In this document: positions 34,350 to 47,336 of the stretch, in pieces | How the letters are laid out: every line of letters starts with the position of its first letter | How positions within the stretch are numbered: position 1 is the stretch's first letter | Assembly: GCA_030390025.1 (NCBI GenBank) | Contig: CM059432.1 | Location: 104,658,001 to 104,722,000 of the forward strand | Origin: Squalus acanthias | Lineage: Eukaryota | Length of the DNA stretch: 64,000 nucleotides | Reading direction: 5' to 3' | The notes under the pieces: generated by a model | The model's database searches: none | Told to the model about the DNA's origin: nothing | What the model saw: the letters and a program-made list of their open reading frames with translations, nothing else | Position numbers and translations under genes: made by a program

Positions 34350-37227
34350 AAATGGTACTACGTAGCATTCGCAACAAGGTGGATGAATTAATGGCACTAA
34401 TAGAAGTAAATGGGTATGATGTAATTGCCATTACAGAGACATGGTTGCAGGGTAACCAAAGCTGGGAACTGAATGTTCCACGGTACTCAACATTTAGGAA
34501 GGACAGACAAAAAGGAAAAGGAGGTGGCGTAGCGCTGTTAGTAAGGGATGAGATCGGTACGGTAGAGATAAAAGATCTTGGCTCGGCAGATCGTGATGTA
34601 GAACTGGAATCAGTTTGGGTGGAGCTAAGAAACAGCAAAGGGCGGAAAACATTGGTGGGAGTTGTGTATAGGCCACCAAACAGTAGTGGTAATGTAGGGC
34701 ACAGTATCAATCAAGAAATTAGAAGTGCATGTAACAAGGGCAATACGGTAATCATGGGGGACTTTAATCTACATATTGACTGGGCAAATCAAATTACCAC
34801 TAATGGTGTGGAGGACGAATTCTTGGAATGCATGCGAGATGGTTTCCTGGATCAGTATGTGGAGGAACCAACCAGGAAACAGGCTATTCTGGATCTGGTA
34901 CTGTGTAATGAGAAAGGGCTAATCAATAATCTTGTGGTAAAGGGGCCTTTAGGGACAAGTGACCTTAATATGATTGAATTTTACATTAAGTTTGAGAGTG
35001 ATGTAGTCCAATCTGAAACTAAGGTCTTCAATCTAAACAGAGGAAACTACAAGGGTATGAGGGACAAGTTGGCCATGGTAGATTGGGAGACTACACGAAA
35101 AGGTATGAAGGTGGACATACAATGGCTAACATTCAAGGAAATAATGCATAATTTGCAACAAACATATATTCCTCTAGGGCATAAAAACCGAAAAGGAAAA
35201 GTGATCCAACCATGGCTAACAAAAGAAATTAAAGCTAGTATTAAGTCAAAGGAGGAAGCTTATAAAGTTGCCAGAAAAAGCGTTCAGCCTGAAGATTGGG
35301 ATCTTTTTAGAAATCAGCAAAGGGGAACCAAGAAATTGATAAAGAAAGGGAAAATGGAATATGAGCACAAACTAGCGAAAAATATAAAAATGGATTGTAA
35401 AAGCTTCTATAGGTATGTGAAAAGGAAAAGACTGGCAAAGGTAAATGTAGGTCCTTTACAGTCAGAGACGGGAGAATTTATAATGGGGAATGAGGAAATG
35501 GCCGAGAAATTAAATAAATCAAGACTTTGTTTCTGTCTTCACGGAGGAAGACACAAAAAACCTCCCAGAAATACGAGAAAACCAAGGGTGTGGCGAGAAT
35601 GAGGAACTTAAAGAAATTATTATTAGTAAAAAAACAGTACTAGCAAAATTAATGGGACTAAAAGTCGATAAATCCCAAGGACCGGATGACCTACATCCTA
35701 GGGTTTTGAAAGAGGTGGCCATTGGGATAGTGGACACATTGGTTGTCATCTTCCAAAATTCTATAGATTCTGGAACGGTTCCTGCAGATTGGAGGATAGC
35801 AAATGTAACCCCACTATTTAAGAAAGGAGGGAGAGAGAAAACAGGGAACTACAGACCTGTTAGCCTCACATCAGTAGTTTGGAAAATGCTGGAATCTATT
35901 ATAAAGGATGCATTAACTGGGCACTTAGAAACTAATAGTAAGATTGGGCAGAGTCAACATGGATTTATGAAAGGGAAATCCTGTTTGACAAACCTATTGG
36001 GAGTTCTTTGAGGATGTAACTAGTGGAGTAGACAAAGGGGAACCGGTAGATGTGGTGTATCTGGATTTTCAGAAGGCCTTCGATAAGGTCCCACACAAGA
36101 GGTTGGTGAACAAAATTAGGGCACATGGAATTGGGGGTAATATACTAGCATGGAGTGAGAATTGGTTAACAGACAGAAAACAAAAAGTAGGGATAAACGG
36201 GTCTTTTTCAGGATGGCAGGCTGTGACTAGTGGGGTACCGCAAGGATTGGTGCTTGGGCCCCAGCTATTCACAATCTATATCAATGATTTGGATGAGGGG
36301 ACTAAATGTAACATTTCCAAATTTGCTAGGTGGCAGTGTCAGTTGTGAAGAGGATGTGAAGAGGCTTCAAGGGGATCTCGACAGGCTCAGTGAGTGGGTG
36401 AGAACATGGCAGATGGAATAAAATGTGGATAAATGTGAAGTTATCCACTTTGGTAGAAAAAACAGAAAGGCAGAGTATTTCCTAAATTGTGAAAGATTAG
36501 GGAATGCAAATGCTCAAAGGGACCTGGGTGTCCTTGTACATGAGTCACTGAAAGTGAATGTGCAGGTGCAGCAAGCCATTAGGAAGGCAAATGGTATGCT
36601 GGCCTTCATTACAAGAGGATTTGAGTACAGGAGTAAAGAAGTCTTACTCCAATTATATAGGGCCTTGGTGAGACCACACCTGGAGTACTGTGTACAATTT
36701 TGGTCTCCTTACCTAAGGAAGGATATACTTGCCATAGAGGGCAACAAAGGCTCACGAGATTGATTCCTGGGATGGCGGGACTGTCGTATGAGAAGAGATT
36801 GAGTAAACTAGGCCTGTATTCTCTTGAATTCAGAAGAATGAGAGGGGATCTCATTGAAGCATAAAAAATTATTACGGTGCTTGATAGGGTGGATGCTGGG
36901 AGAATGTTTCCTTTGGCTGGGGAGTCTAGAACCAGGGGTCACAGCCTCAGGATAAAGGGTAGGCCATTCAGGACTGAGATGAGAAGAAATTTCTTCACAC
37001 AGAGGGTGGTGAATCTTCACACAGAGGGCTGTGGAGGCTCAGTCATTGGGTATATTCAAAACAGAAGTTAATAGATTTCTGACTAGTAGGGCATCAAGGG
37101 ATATGGCGATAGGGCCGGTGAATGGAGTTGAGGCAGAAGATCAGCCATGATCTCATTGAATGGCGGTGCAGGCTCAAAGGGCCGAATCACCTACTGCTGC
37201 TCCTATTTCTTATGTTCTTATGTTCTA
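34350..37227 (+). mobile_element. 5'-truncated CR1 LINE (APE plus RT, several frameshifts)
   Basis: [40 protein letters not shown]1 3' UTR and (TTCTTATG)n tail. Confidence 0.92.
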
Positions 37228-37295
37228 ATTCCAAACAGTTATACGGTAAATAGCCCTTCCCCTGCTGAACAAACCATATCTGCAAGCCGCACCCC

Positions 37296-37470
37296 TCATA
37301 CACACACACATACACTCTCACTCATGCACCACACAGACACACAGATACACACTCACTCACAGATACTCACTCACTCACACAAACACACACACACACATAC
37401 ACTCACTCACAGACACACAGACACCACACAACACAGATGCACCACACAACACAGACACTCCACACACACT
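37296..37470. repeat. Degenerate (CA)n microsatellite
   Basis: CA/CACT/CAGA-rich simple repeat. Confidence 0.85.
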
Positions 37471-38519
37471 GTTCACTCCTTGACCTCTTGAGCTCTTGTG
37501 AACATATTGCCACTTTTATAAGGTCCATTAGAGAGGAAGACAGGACTGGGCAGAGGAGCGTGCTAGAGAATAACTTCCATTCCTAAGTACCCCCTTTAAA
37601 CTTCGCCTCCTTCTTAAGTTTGGGCCAAAGTCTCTCTCAGAGGGCAGTCGTTTCTCATACAGAAAAAGCAAATCCTCACATCGTACTGCCTGGAAAGACC
37701 ATAATGCTCATCGACTCTCGGCAGGCACAATAATCACAAGCCCCGCTCGCAACATCTGCTGCCAACTCCCATCTGAGCTAAGCTGAGGCCAGATAATCTC
37801 CAGATGAAGGGGCTGCCATAGAAACCTTGCTGTGGTTGGTGTAACACATCAAGCGGCAGGGGGTACAAGTGGCTCTGAGCCTGGCAGCCCAGTGCGCTGA
37901 GGTACATAGCAGACAACGGGCAGTCAACGAAAGACACTTTTAACTAGTGCCTCGCTCGCCAGGCACAAATCTGAAATCCCCTTTTACTGGGAAATACCGT
38001 TCAACACAAACAATTCTTTTTAAAACAGAAGTTTTGAATCAAACTCTAACAGCACAGCCAAACCCAGAACATGGCCCATGGGGAGACATCTCCCGATGGC
38101 CAGGAGCAAGGGAAGGAACAAGGAGAGAGATGAAGGAACAAAGAGGTAGAAAGGGAACAAGAGGGAGAAAATTAAGGAATGAAGAGAAGGAGAAAGGAAG
38201 GATGGAACTTCTGTTCAAATCGATCTATCAGAGAAATCAATCCTGTGGGTCTGGTTGGTTTTCCTTTAAAGCTGCTGGGTACAGAGCTGTGAACTTGCGT
38301 CAATGAAATAAAGTGAAACTCCCTGGAAAAGTTTTTTAATTCTTCTTTGAATCATGATCGCAGATGGATTGCTGGATTGTGTCGCCACTCTCCTGAGGAG
38401 GAGAGGTAACAAAATCTGCAAAAGAACTCGAGTGACTCCACTCTCCCATCACTCTGCGCTCATTTAAAAAAAAATCCAACAGGAACAGTGAACGACGCCT
38501 GGACTCACCGCTTTACAGA

Positions 38520-38648
38520 GTTACATATTACATAGAATTTACAGCACAGAAACAGGCCATTCGGCCCAGCTTGTCCATGCCGGTGTTTATGCTCCACACG
38601 AGCCTCCTCCGACTCTCCTCCATCTAACCCTATCAACATATCCTTTAC
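38520..38648 (-). mobile_element. CR1 3' end fragment
   Basis: ACAGCACAGAAACAGGCCATTCGGCCC... is similar to 48960-49070. Confidence 0.65.
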
Positions 38649-39063
38649 CACTAGATATTAACCAGGGGCTGTGATTTTTCTGAAGTTTCTTCTCACCAGC
38701 GGAACCTTTGTATTCATGGGTCGCTGAAATCAGGCATGGTTCAGACTGTGGCCAATTGGAGCTTGTGGGCAGGTGAAAATTAGGCCATGCCACAGCCGTA
38801 CATGAGCTTTAAATCTCTCAAATTTGGGCAAGGCTCTGCCTACAGTGCATAACTAGCTGATAAAGAAAGTGCATGGAGAGTCCCAGGACCTGGCTCGATC
38901 TAGGAGGCTTCTTAAATGGAAGGCAATTTGTGGGGGATTTTTGCATTTCAAATTACACTTTGCTGCATTTTACTCAGTGCAGTAGTTGGTTTTGCCGGAT
39001 ATTCCACTTTTATATTTTCTTTCATTATTCTTTTGGGGGTTCCGAATGGGTTATATCATTTAC

Positions 39064-39823
39064 AATCGATGATGAAGTCCAACACCGCCTTCAGTGTGCC
39101 AGTGCAGCCTTCGGTCGCCTGAGGAAGAGAGTGCTTGAAGACCAGGACCTCAGGCCCGGCACTAAGCTCATGGTCTACAGAGCAGCAGTGATACCCGCCC
39201 TGCTGGATGCCTCAGAGACATGGACCATGTACAGCAGGCACCTCAAAGCACTGGAGAGGTACCACCAACGCTGCCTCCGCAAGATCCTGCAAATCCATTG
39301 GCAGGATAGGCACACCAACATCAGTGTTCTCGCTCAGGCCAACATCCCCAGCATCGAAGCTTTGACCACGCTCGATCAGCTCCGATGGATGGGTCACATC
39401 GTCCGCATGCCCGATACGAGACTCCCAAAACAAACGCTCTACTCAGAGCTCCGACACGGCAAGAGAGTCCCAGGTGGGCAGAGGAAATGCTTCAAGGACA
39501 CCCTCAAAGCCTCCTTGAAAAAGTGCAACATCCCCACTGACACCTGGGAATCCCTGGCCCAAGACCGCATGAAGTGGAGGAGAAGCATCCGGGAAGGCGC
39601 CGAATACCTCGAGTCTCTTCGCCGGGAGCAAGTGGAAGGAACGCACATCAACCCAAGCACCCCACCCACCCACCCCTTCAACCACCATCTGCCCCACCTG
39701 TGACAGAGACTGTAGGTCCCGCATTGGACTCATCAGTCACCTGAGAACTCATTTTTAATGTGGAAGCAAGTCATCCTCGGTTCCGAGGGACTGCCTAAGA
39801 AGAAGAGAAGAAGAAGAAGAAGA
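39064..39823 (+). mobile_element. RTE-clade LINE 3' fragment
   Basis: IDDEVQHRLQCASAAFGRL, TKLMVYRAAVIPALL..SETWT, QLRWMGHIVRMPDTRLPK; C-terminal C2H2-like CPTC...H...H; (AAG)n tail. Confidence 0.9.
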
Positions 39824-39944
39824 TAATTTACAAGATCACAAGATAGTTATAGGTGAGGAAAGCCATTTGTCCCATCTTTGTACATCCATCCAGAATGATA
39901 CTAAAGGTCCCCCCGCCATTGCGGCATCTATTGCTTAAATGATT

Positions 39945-40292
39945 CAGCCTTGGCTCAGTGGTAGTGTTCTGGCCTCTGAGTCAGAAAGTTGTGGGTTCAA
40001 GTCCCACGCCAGAGACTTGAGCACAAAAATCGAGGCTGACACTCCAGTGCAGTGCTGAGGGAGTGCTGCGCTGTTGGAAGTGGCGTCTTTCAGATGAGAC
40101 GTTAAATCAAGGCCCTCTCAGGGGGACGTAAAAGATCTCATGACACTATCTCGGAGGTGCAAGGGAGTTCTCACTGGCATCCTGGCCAATATTTATCCCT
40201 GAACCAACATCACAGATTACCTGCTCGTTGCTGTTCGTGGGACTATGCTGTGCGCAAATTAGCTGCCGTGTTTCCCGCATTAAACAGTGCCT
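39945..40292 (+). mobile_element. DeuSINE-type SINE (SacSINE1-like)
   Basis: tRNA-like head TGGCTCAGTGGTAG...GGTTCAAGTCCC, then Deu-domain-like GTCTTTCAGATGAGACGTTAAA...CCTGGCCAATATTTATCCC...GCTGTGCGCAAATT. Confidence 0.8.
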
Positions 40293-42318
40293 ACACAGAG
40301 CCTCGGTTTAACTAACAGCCTTTCATGTGGAACTTTTGCCTTGCTTTAGTCTAGGTACAGCACATTGTCGGGCTTTCCACAGAGTGCTTCAGTTGTCACT
40401 TCCTCGAAGAAGTTGGTCAGGCAGGACCTAGCCTTCTTTAATTTCAGTACCCTTAGCTTAATCTAGATCAAGTAAGTAGTCAAGAAACTACACTGTAAAC
40501 TAAGTTACCTAATTACAAATTTGATTAAATTTAATTAAATAAAACAAGGTCATGTAGGGATGGCAGTGCAGATGGTGTGCCACAACTGCAGCATGTGGGA
40601 GTTTGTGGAGAGCATTGTGATCCCGGACAACCATGTTTGCAGTAAGTGCCTGCATCTTGAGGAACTTCAGCTCAGAGTTTTTGAGCTGGAATCTGAGGTG
40701 CAGACATTGCGGGGCATCAGGGCTGGGAAGAGTTACCTGAACACTTTGATCCAGGAGGCAGTCAAACCCCTTAGGTTAGGTAGTGGTACAGGTCTGGTTA
40801 GTGGTCGGGGACAGGAGGGTGTGACAGCAACTAAGGCAGGTAAGGGGACCCCAGGTGCAGTGCTGGAGGAGCCTCAGCCTTTGCCCTTGTCCAACAGGTA
40901 TGAGGTTCTTGCTGCCTGTGTGGATGAGGGAAAAGTCTGCAGGATGGATGAGCAAGCTGACCATGGCACCATGGTGCAGGGGGCCATTCAAGTGGGGGGA
41001 GTGAAACGGAATGTAGTTGTGGTAGGGGACAGTATAGTCAGGGGGAATAGATACTGTTCTCTGCGGCCACGACCGAGAGTTCCGAAGGTTTTGTTGCCTG
41101 CCCAGTGCCAGGGTTAAAGACATCTCCTCACGGCTGGAGAAGAACTTGGAGTGGGAGGGGGAGGATCCAGTTGTTGTGGTCCATGTAGGAACCAACGACA
41201 TAGGTACAACTAGGAATGAGGTTCTGCTGAGGAAGTTTGAGGAGCTAGGATCCAAATTAAAAAGCAGAACCTCAAAGGTAATATTCTCTGGATTTTTACC
41301 TGAGCCACATGCAAATTGGCACAGGGACAAGCAGATTAGAGGTTTAAATGCGTGGCTCAAAGAGTGGTGTGGGAGGAAGGGTTTTCAGTTCATGGGGCAC
41401 TGGCACCAGTACTGGGGAAAGAAGGAGCTGTTCCGTTGGGACGGGCTCCACTTAAACCGGGCTGGGACCAGTGTCCTGGCGAACTGAATAACTAGGGCAG
41501 TAGACAGGGCTTTAAACTAATGAAGTGGGGGTGGGAAGATTCAGGAAAGAGTAAATTTAAAAGCAGCGAGAGAAATGTCAAGACTCTAGAGCAGAGTTTT
41601 GGGTAAAAATAAGCAGAGTGGGTCAGGAAGGGACAGAGAAAGTAACAAAGGTAATAAGGTGACATCAGGGAAAAATAGAAATAAGTCAAAGCTAAGGGCA
41701 CTATATCTGAATGCGCAAAGCATTCACAACAAAATAGATGAATTAATAGCGCAGATAGAAATGAACAGGTTTGATCTAATAGCCATAACGGAGACATGGT
41801 TGCAAAGTGGCTAAGGTTGGGAACTAAATATTCCAGGATACTTAACTTTTAGAAGAGATAGGCAAAATGGAAAAGGAGGAGGGGTAGCCCTGATAATAAA
41901 AGATGGGATAAAGACAGTAGAGAGAAAGGATCTTAGCTCCGAAAATCAAGAAGTAGAATCAGTTGGGTGGAGCTAAGAAACAGCAAGGGGCAGATAACAT
42001 TGGTGGGAATTGTTTATAGGCCTCCGAACAGTAGTTCTAATGTAGGGCAGTGTATAAATCAGGAAATTAGGGGCGCAAGTAACAAGGGTAATACAGTAAT
42101 CATGGGGGACTTTAATCTACATATAGACTGGGCAAACCAAATTTGCAGTAATAGTGTGGAGGACAAATTCATGGAATGTATGCAAGGTAGTTTTATAGAT
42201 CAGTATGTTGAGGAACCAACTAGGGAACAGGCTATTTTAGATCTAGTATTGTGAAATGAGAAAGGGTTAATTAATAACCTTGTAGTAAAGGGGCCTTTAG
42301 AGAAGAGTGACCATAATA

Positions 42319-42669
42319 CAGGAAACTCTTTCGTATCCGGCACCGACGGGACCGGGATGGTGCCGGTTGATTAAAAATTCCGGATAACAGAGAGGTATAT
42401 CTACCGAGGCTATTTTTAACAAAAATAAAAAAATCAAGAAATGTGCAGTATAATTGGGTACTCCCCTACAGAATGTTGTGTTAAATGGATGGTGGAAGAT
42501 GCTTGATTAAGTACAGTAATGCCAGTTGAGGATAATCCATAACTCTTTAATTACTTAACAGTAAAACAAAACGTATAAACGACTGTATACTGTAGTTTTC
42601 GGAGTATGAATTCTGCTGGTTATTAGAGAATTCCGGATATTTAGGTGCGGTTTAAACGAGAGTTTCCTG
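42319..42669. mobile_element. Tc1/mariner (pogo/Tigger-type) MITE, 351 bp
   Basis: Perfect 11-bp TIRs CAGGAAACTCT / AGAGTTTCCTG with a TA duplication; removing it restores the CR1 SDHNMIEF codons. Confidence 0.88.
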
Positions 42670-43618
42670 TATGATAGAATTTTATATTGAGTTTGAAAGT
42701 GATTTAGTTAAATCTGAAACTAGGGTCTTAAATCTAAACAAAGCAAACTATGTAGGTATGAGGGGCAAGTTGGCTAAGGTAGATTGGGAAACTACATTAA
42801 AAGGTATGATGGTAGACAAGCAATGGCTACCATTTAAAGAATTAATACATAATTTACAACAAATATACATTCCTTTGAGGCACAAAAACCCCACAGGAAA
42901 AGTGATCCAACCGTGGCTAACAAGAGAAGTTAAAGATAGCATTAGATCAAAGGAAGAGGCTTATAATGTTGCCAAAAATAATAGTAAGCCTGAGGATTGG
43001 GAGGATTTTAGAATTCAGCAAAGGAGGACCAAGAAATTGATAAAGAAAGGGAAAATAGAATATGAGAGTAAACTAGCGAGAGACATAAAAACAGATTGTA
43101 AAAGCTTCTATAGGTATGTAAAAAGGAAAAGATTAGCGAAAGTAAATGTGGATCCCTTACAGGCTGAGACAGGAGATATTATAATGGGGAATAAGGAAAT
43201 GGCAGCGAAATTAAACAAATACTTTGTGTCTGTCTTCACGGAAGAAGACGCAAAAAACTTCTCGGAAATAGTGGAGAACCAAGGGTCTAGCGAGAATGAG
43301 GAACTGAAAGAAATTAGTAAAAAAATAGTACTGGAGAAATTAATGGGACTGAAAGCCAATAAATCCCCATGGCCTGATGGCCTACATCCTAGGGTTTTGA
43401 AAGAGGTGGCTATAGAGATAGTGGATGCATTGGTTGTCATTTTCCAAAATTCCATAGATTCTAGAACTGTTCCCGCAGATTGGAAGGTAGCAAATATAAC
43501 CCCACTATTTAAGAAAGGAGGGAGAGAGAAAATGGGGAACTACAGATCAGTTAGCCTGACATCAGTAGTAGGGAAAATGCTAGAATTTATTATTAAGGAC
43601 GTGGTAACAGGACACTTA

Positions 43619-44511
43619 GGGGGAAAAATTCACTTGGTTGCGCCTCCCGTTAGCGCCTTAAGAGGGCGCTAATGGGGCGCAAAGCCGCTAACGCCCGGGC
43701 GCAGCGATGTTTGCGCCGCTCGAGAACTTAACTTGAGATTATGCGGCGGCGCTAAAACTTACCGCTGCGACCACCTGCGCGCGCAGATTGTGACGTCATT
43801 CCATGGTGCAACGCCCTTGTGGCGCCCCGTAGCGGAAATTGAGTGGCGCCCCCTGCCTTACCGCCTGGCGCTTCCAACGACCAGAAGACTGGAACGCTAT
43901 CAATCGCTGTGGGGCTGGGGGGGGCGCTATTTAAAGGGGGCCTCTTCCTGTCTTTTATTGTTGGTGGCATTTTTGAACTACGCATTCTGAGAGAGAGAGG
44001 GAGAGACTTCTGAAGAGATTCAACGTTGTGTGAAGGAGTTTTGGGTACTGAGCAGCACTTTGCAGGTTCATTTTGATTTGCCATTCCTTGTATCGATTTA
44101 GCAGAGACTGTGGGAGCTGCACTCTGAGCTCTTTGCCTGGTACTTTCCATTGTTCTTTCCAGCACATTTGATGTGCAAGTCTCTCCAGGCCGAGATTCAA
44201 GGCAGCAATGAACAGGATGTGGATGGAAAGCAAGATTAACCATCCCCTTTAAGAACTGGCCCGTGCCATTGTGTGTGTGTTCCATTGCTGACTGACATTA
44301 CATGAGCTTCGCCAGCGCTCCGAGTTAGCGCCTCACTGCTCGGCCTTTGCGCCTTAAGAGAGGTGTGCAGCGCCTGCTTTAGCGCTCCACTCACCTCCCG
44401 GGGCGGTAAAAGTGAAGTTTCCTGTCAGTGCCGATAATTAGCGCCAGGCGCTAATATTTGCGTCCGGACGATATTTGCGCCCCAAATGGGGCGCGACCTA
44501 ATTTCTACCCC
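43619..44511. mobile_element. Non-autonomous Harbinger element, copy 2
   Basis: TTA duplication (43616-43618 / 44512-44514); removing it restores CR1 GHLENNNRIG; near-identical to 29536-30420. Confidence 0.92.
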
Positions 44512-46714
44512 TTAGAAAATAATAATAGGATTGGGCAGAGTCAACACGGATTTATGAAAGGGAAATCGTGTTTGACAAATCTGTCAGAATTTTGTGAGGT
44601 TGTAACTAGCAGAATAGATAAGGGGGAACCAGTGGATGTGGTGTATTTGGATTTTCAGAAGACATTCGATAAGGTGCCACACAAGAGGTTATTAAACAAA
44701 ATTAGGGCTCATGGGATTGGGGGTAATATACTAGCAAGGATTGAGGATTGGTTAACGGACAGAAAACAGAGAGTAGGAATAAATGGGTCATTTTTGGGTT
44801 GGCAGGCTGTAACTAGTGGGGTACTGCAAGGATCAGTGCTTGGGCCTCAGCTATTCACAATTGACATCAATGATTTGGATGAGGGGTCAAAATGTAATAT
44901 ATCCAAGTTTGCTGATGATACAAAGCTGGGTGGGAAGGTAAGTTGTGAGGAGGATGCAAGGAGATATAGACAGGCTAAGTGAGTGGGCAAGAACATGGCA
45001 AATGGAATATAATGTGGAGAAATGTGAAGTTATCCACTTTAGTAGGAAAAATAGAAAAGCAGTGTATTTTTTAAATGGTGAGAGATTGGGAAATGTTGGT
45101 GTTCAGAGGGACCTGGGTGTCCTTGTACACGAACCACTGAAAGTTAACATGCAGGTACAGCAAGCAATTAGGAAAGCAAATGGTATGTTGACCTTTATTA
45201 CAAGAGGATTTGAGTATAAGAGTAAAGACGTCTTACTGCAATTATATCGGGCCCTGGTGAGACCACACCTGGAGTATTGTGTACAGTTTTGGTCTCCTTA
45301 CCTCAGGAAGGATATACTTGCCATAGAGGGAGTGCAACAAAGGTTCACCAGACTGGTTCCTGGGATGGGGGGATTGTCCTATGACGAGAGATTGAGTAGA
45401 CTAGGCCTATATTTTCTAGAGTTTAGAAGAATGAGAGGTGATCTCATTGAAACATACAAAATTCTTACAGGGCTTGACAGGGTAGATGCATCGAGGATGT
45501 TTCCCCTGGCTGGGGAGTCTAGAACTAAGGGTCACAGTCTCAGAATAAGGGGTCGGCCATTTAGGACTGAGATGAGGAGAAATTTCTTCACTCAGAGTGT
45601 GGTGAATCTTTGGAATTCTCTACCCCACAGGGCTGTGGAGGCTCAGTCGTTGAGTATATTCAAGACAGAGATCGATCGAATTTTGAATATTAAGGGAATC
45701 AAGGGATATGGGGATAGTGCAGGAAAGTGGAGATGAGGTAGAAGATCAGCCATGATCTTATTGAATGGCGGAGCAGGCTCGAAGGGCCAAATGGCCTACT
45801 GCTGCTTCTATTTCTTATGTTCTTATGTTCAGAATATCCAACTAGAGTTCGGGAACTCACTACATGGGGAATTACGCCAACAAACTTGCATCCTCGTGCT
45901 GTCTAATGCAACACAGCGTACACCAAGGTGCCAAGCTGATGAGTTTAAAATGACGCCAGCTTACTCCGCACGCGAGCACCGCAGTTTGGCTTTGTTCCCT
46001 CTTACCGAGATAGATGCCAGACTCGGCCGCTCCTCTTGCTGCCTCCATGAGGTCTTCCTCGTCGTCCATTTCATTGCCGCGACTGGCGGAGTAGCTGGCA
46101 TCATTGAAGAGGCTGACTGGGATCAATTTTCCATCCTCAACCAACCAAGCTGATGCAACTGGAGTACAGAACTGGTGCAGGTTACATCATCGCAGCACGC
46201 TACTTCCAGGCCTGGGGTCTGGAAGGCTCGAGGAAGGCAAGGCCACTCTGGCGAGGGGTTTTGGTGGGGGGGGGGGAGGGGGGAGGGGGATAAAGATATG
46301 CACTTCAGATGACAGATGATACAGTCCCAACTGCTTGGAGGCATCAGGATGTACCATCTAATGAATCTCCTGAGACAGCCAGCAAAACAAAGACCACGTA
46401 ACTCCCCTTCCCCACTCTGAGTCAGTAATTTCCTACGGAGAGGAATCTCTAGATTTTGTGTTGCCACCACAAAGAACGACTCTCGCAACAGCTTGTGTTG
46501 TTCCAAAGTGCGGCCGCCACTCACTCCCAGGGAATGGACTACACACGTCACCACAGAAAAAGTACTGACAGAATCCTGAGACAATGTTCGCCGGGTTCCA
46601 GGTCTTCGCATTTTAGCAAATGCCGTTCCTATTCGGATCAGCTCTAAGGTCTTAAACGACTCTGTGGGGATTCCCAGGCCATTGTGTATTGGGCCCCTCC
46701 CCCAGTTCCAGAAT

Positions 46715-46772
46715 TTAAGTGCGCGGGAAGTGAGGGATCAGTGCGCGGCCGCGCACCTTAGAGGGAACAGTG
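46715..46772 (-). mobile_element. Possible hAT-type transposon terminus
   Basis: The minus strand reads CACTGTTCCCTCTAAGGTGCGCGGCCGCGC, resembling hAT termini; no partner TIR was confidently found. Confidence 0.3.
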
Positions 46773-47216
46773 CCAGGCAGCTTGGTTCACTGGTGAAATA
46801 TGGAAAGGTAGATGTCTCACTGGGTGGTCAGGATTATTCTCTTCCTTTCCAGACAGCCTTACAAACCGATACCCCAATGGGTTAGGTGATCCCAGCTAGA
46901 CAAGCAGCAGGAAGCTTACCAGTGCCCTGTACTGGTAAGCTCGGCAGTTTTAGCTGGTTAACTCTAGCAGTACCCCTGTGCACTCTTAGGGCTTCCTAAG
47001 CCTCTGGACCTGGGTAAGTAGAATGTGTCCCTCTGGGGAGAGAGTTTGCGCTCTGTAGGGGCAAGCAGAAATTCTACAGGTGGCTGTAAATATCTCAGTA
47101 GATTGATTTGGAAACGCTTAAACATAGCAATGGATTTCACTGCATGTCAGATAGCCAGCTGACCATAAGAAAGAATTGTTCTCTCTGACTGCCCCCACTT
47201 CCTCCTTTAGTCAAGA

Positions 47217-47336
47217 TGCGGAGATGCCGGTGTTGGACTGGGGTGGACAAAAATGAGAAGTCGCACAACACCAGGTTATAGTCAAATAAAACTGTTGGAC
47301 TATAACCTGGTGTTGTGCGACTTCTCATTTTTGTCC
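47217..47336. mobile_element. Short palindromic Penelope-terminal-repeat-like insertion
   Basis: Same family as 32789-32913; 39-bp perfect inverted arms; 14-bp direct repeat TCCTTTAGTCAAGA (47203-47216 / 47334-47347). Confidence 0.75.

Larger units (their letters stand above)
40480..45830 (+). mobile_element. Near full-length, older CR1 LINE (ORF1 40560-41520; ORF2 ~41690-45736) carrying two MITE insertions
   Basis: CHNCSMW..CSKC, VGDSIVR, VHVGTND, DGLHL; APE and RT motifs with stops and frameshifts; CR1 3' tail. Confidence 0.9.

Noticed and set aside
38873..39063. Hydrophobic N-terminal extension of the 276-aa ORF
   Set aside because: T-rich flanking DNA fortuitously in frame with the truncated RTE fragment.
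39950..40010. tRNA gene (also 32700-32775 on the minus strand)
   Set aside because: The A/B boxes are SINE heads followed by SINE body sequence; no complete cloverleaf or terminator.
45872..46650. GC-richer stretch with several 70-160 aa ORFs
   Set aside because: No recognisable motif or splice structure. It may be an unidentified repeat or pseudogene, but no call can be supported without a search.
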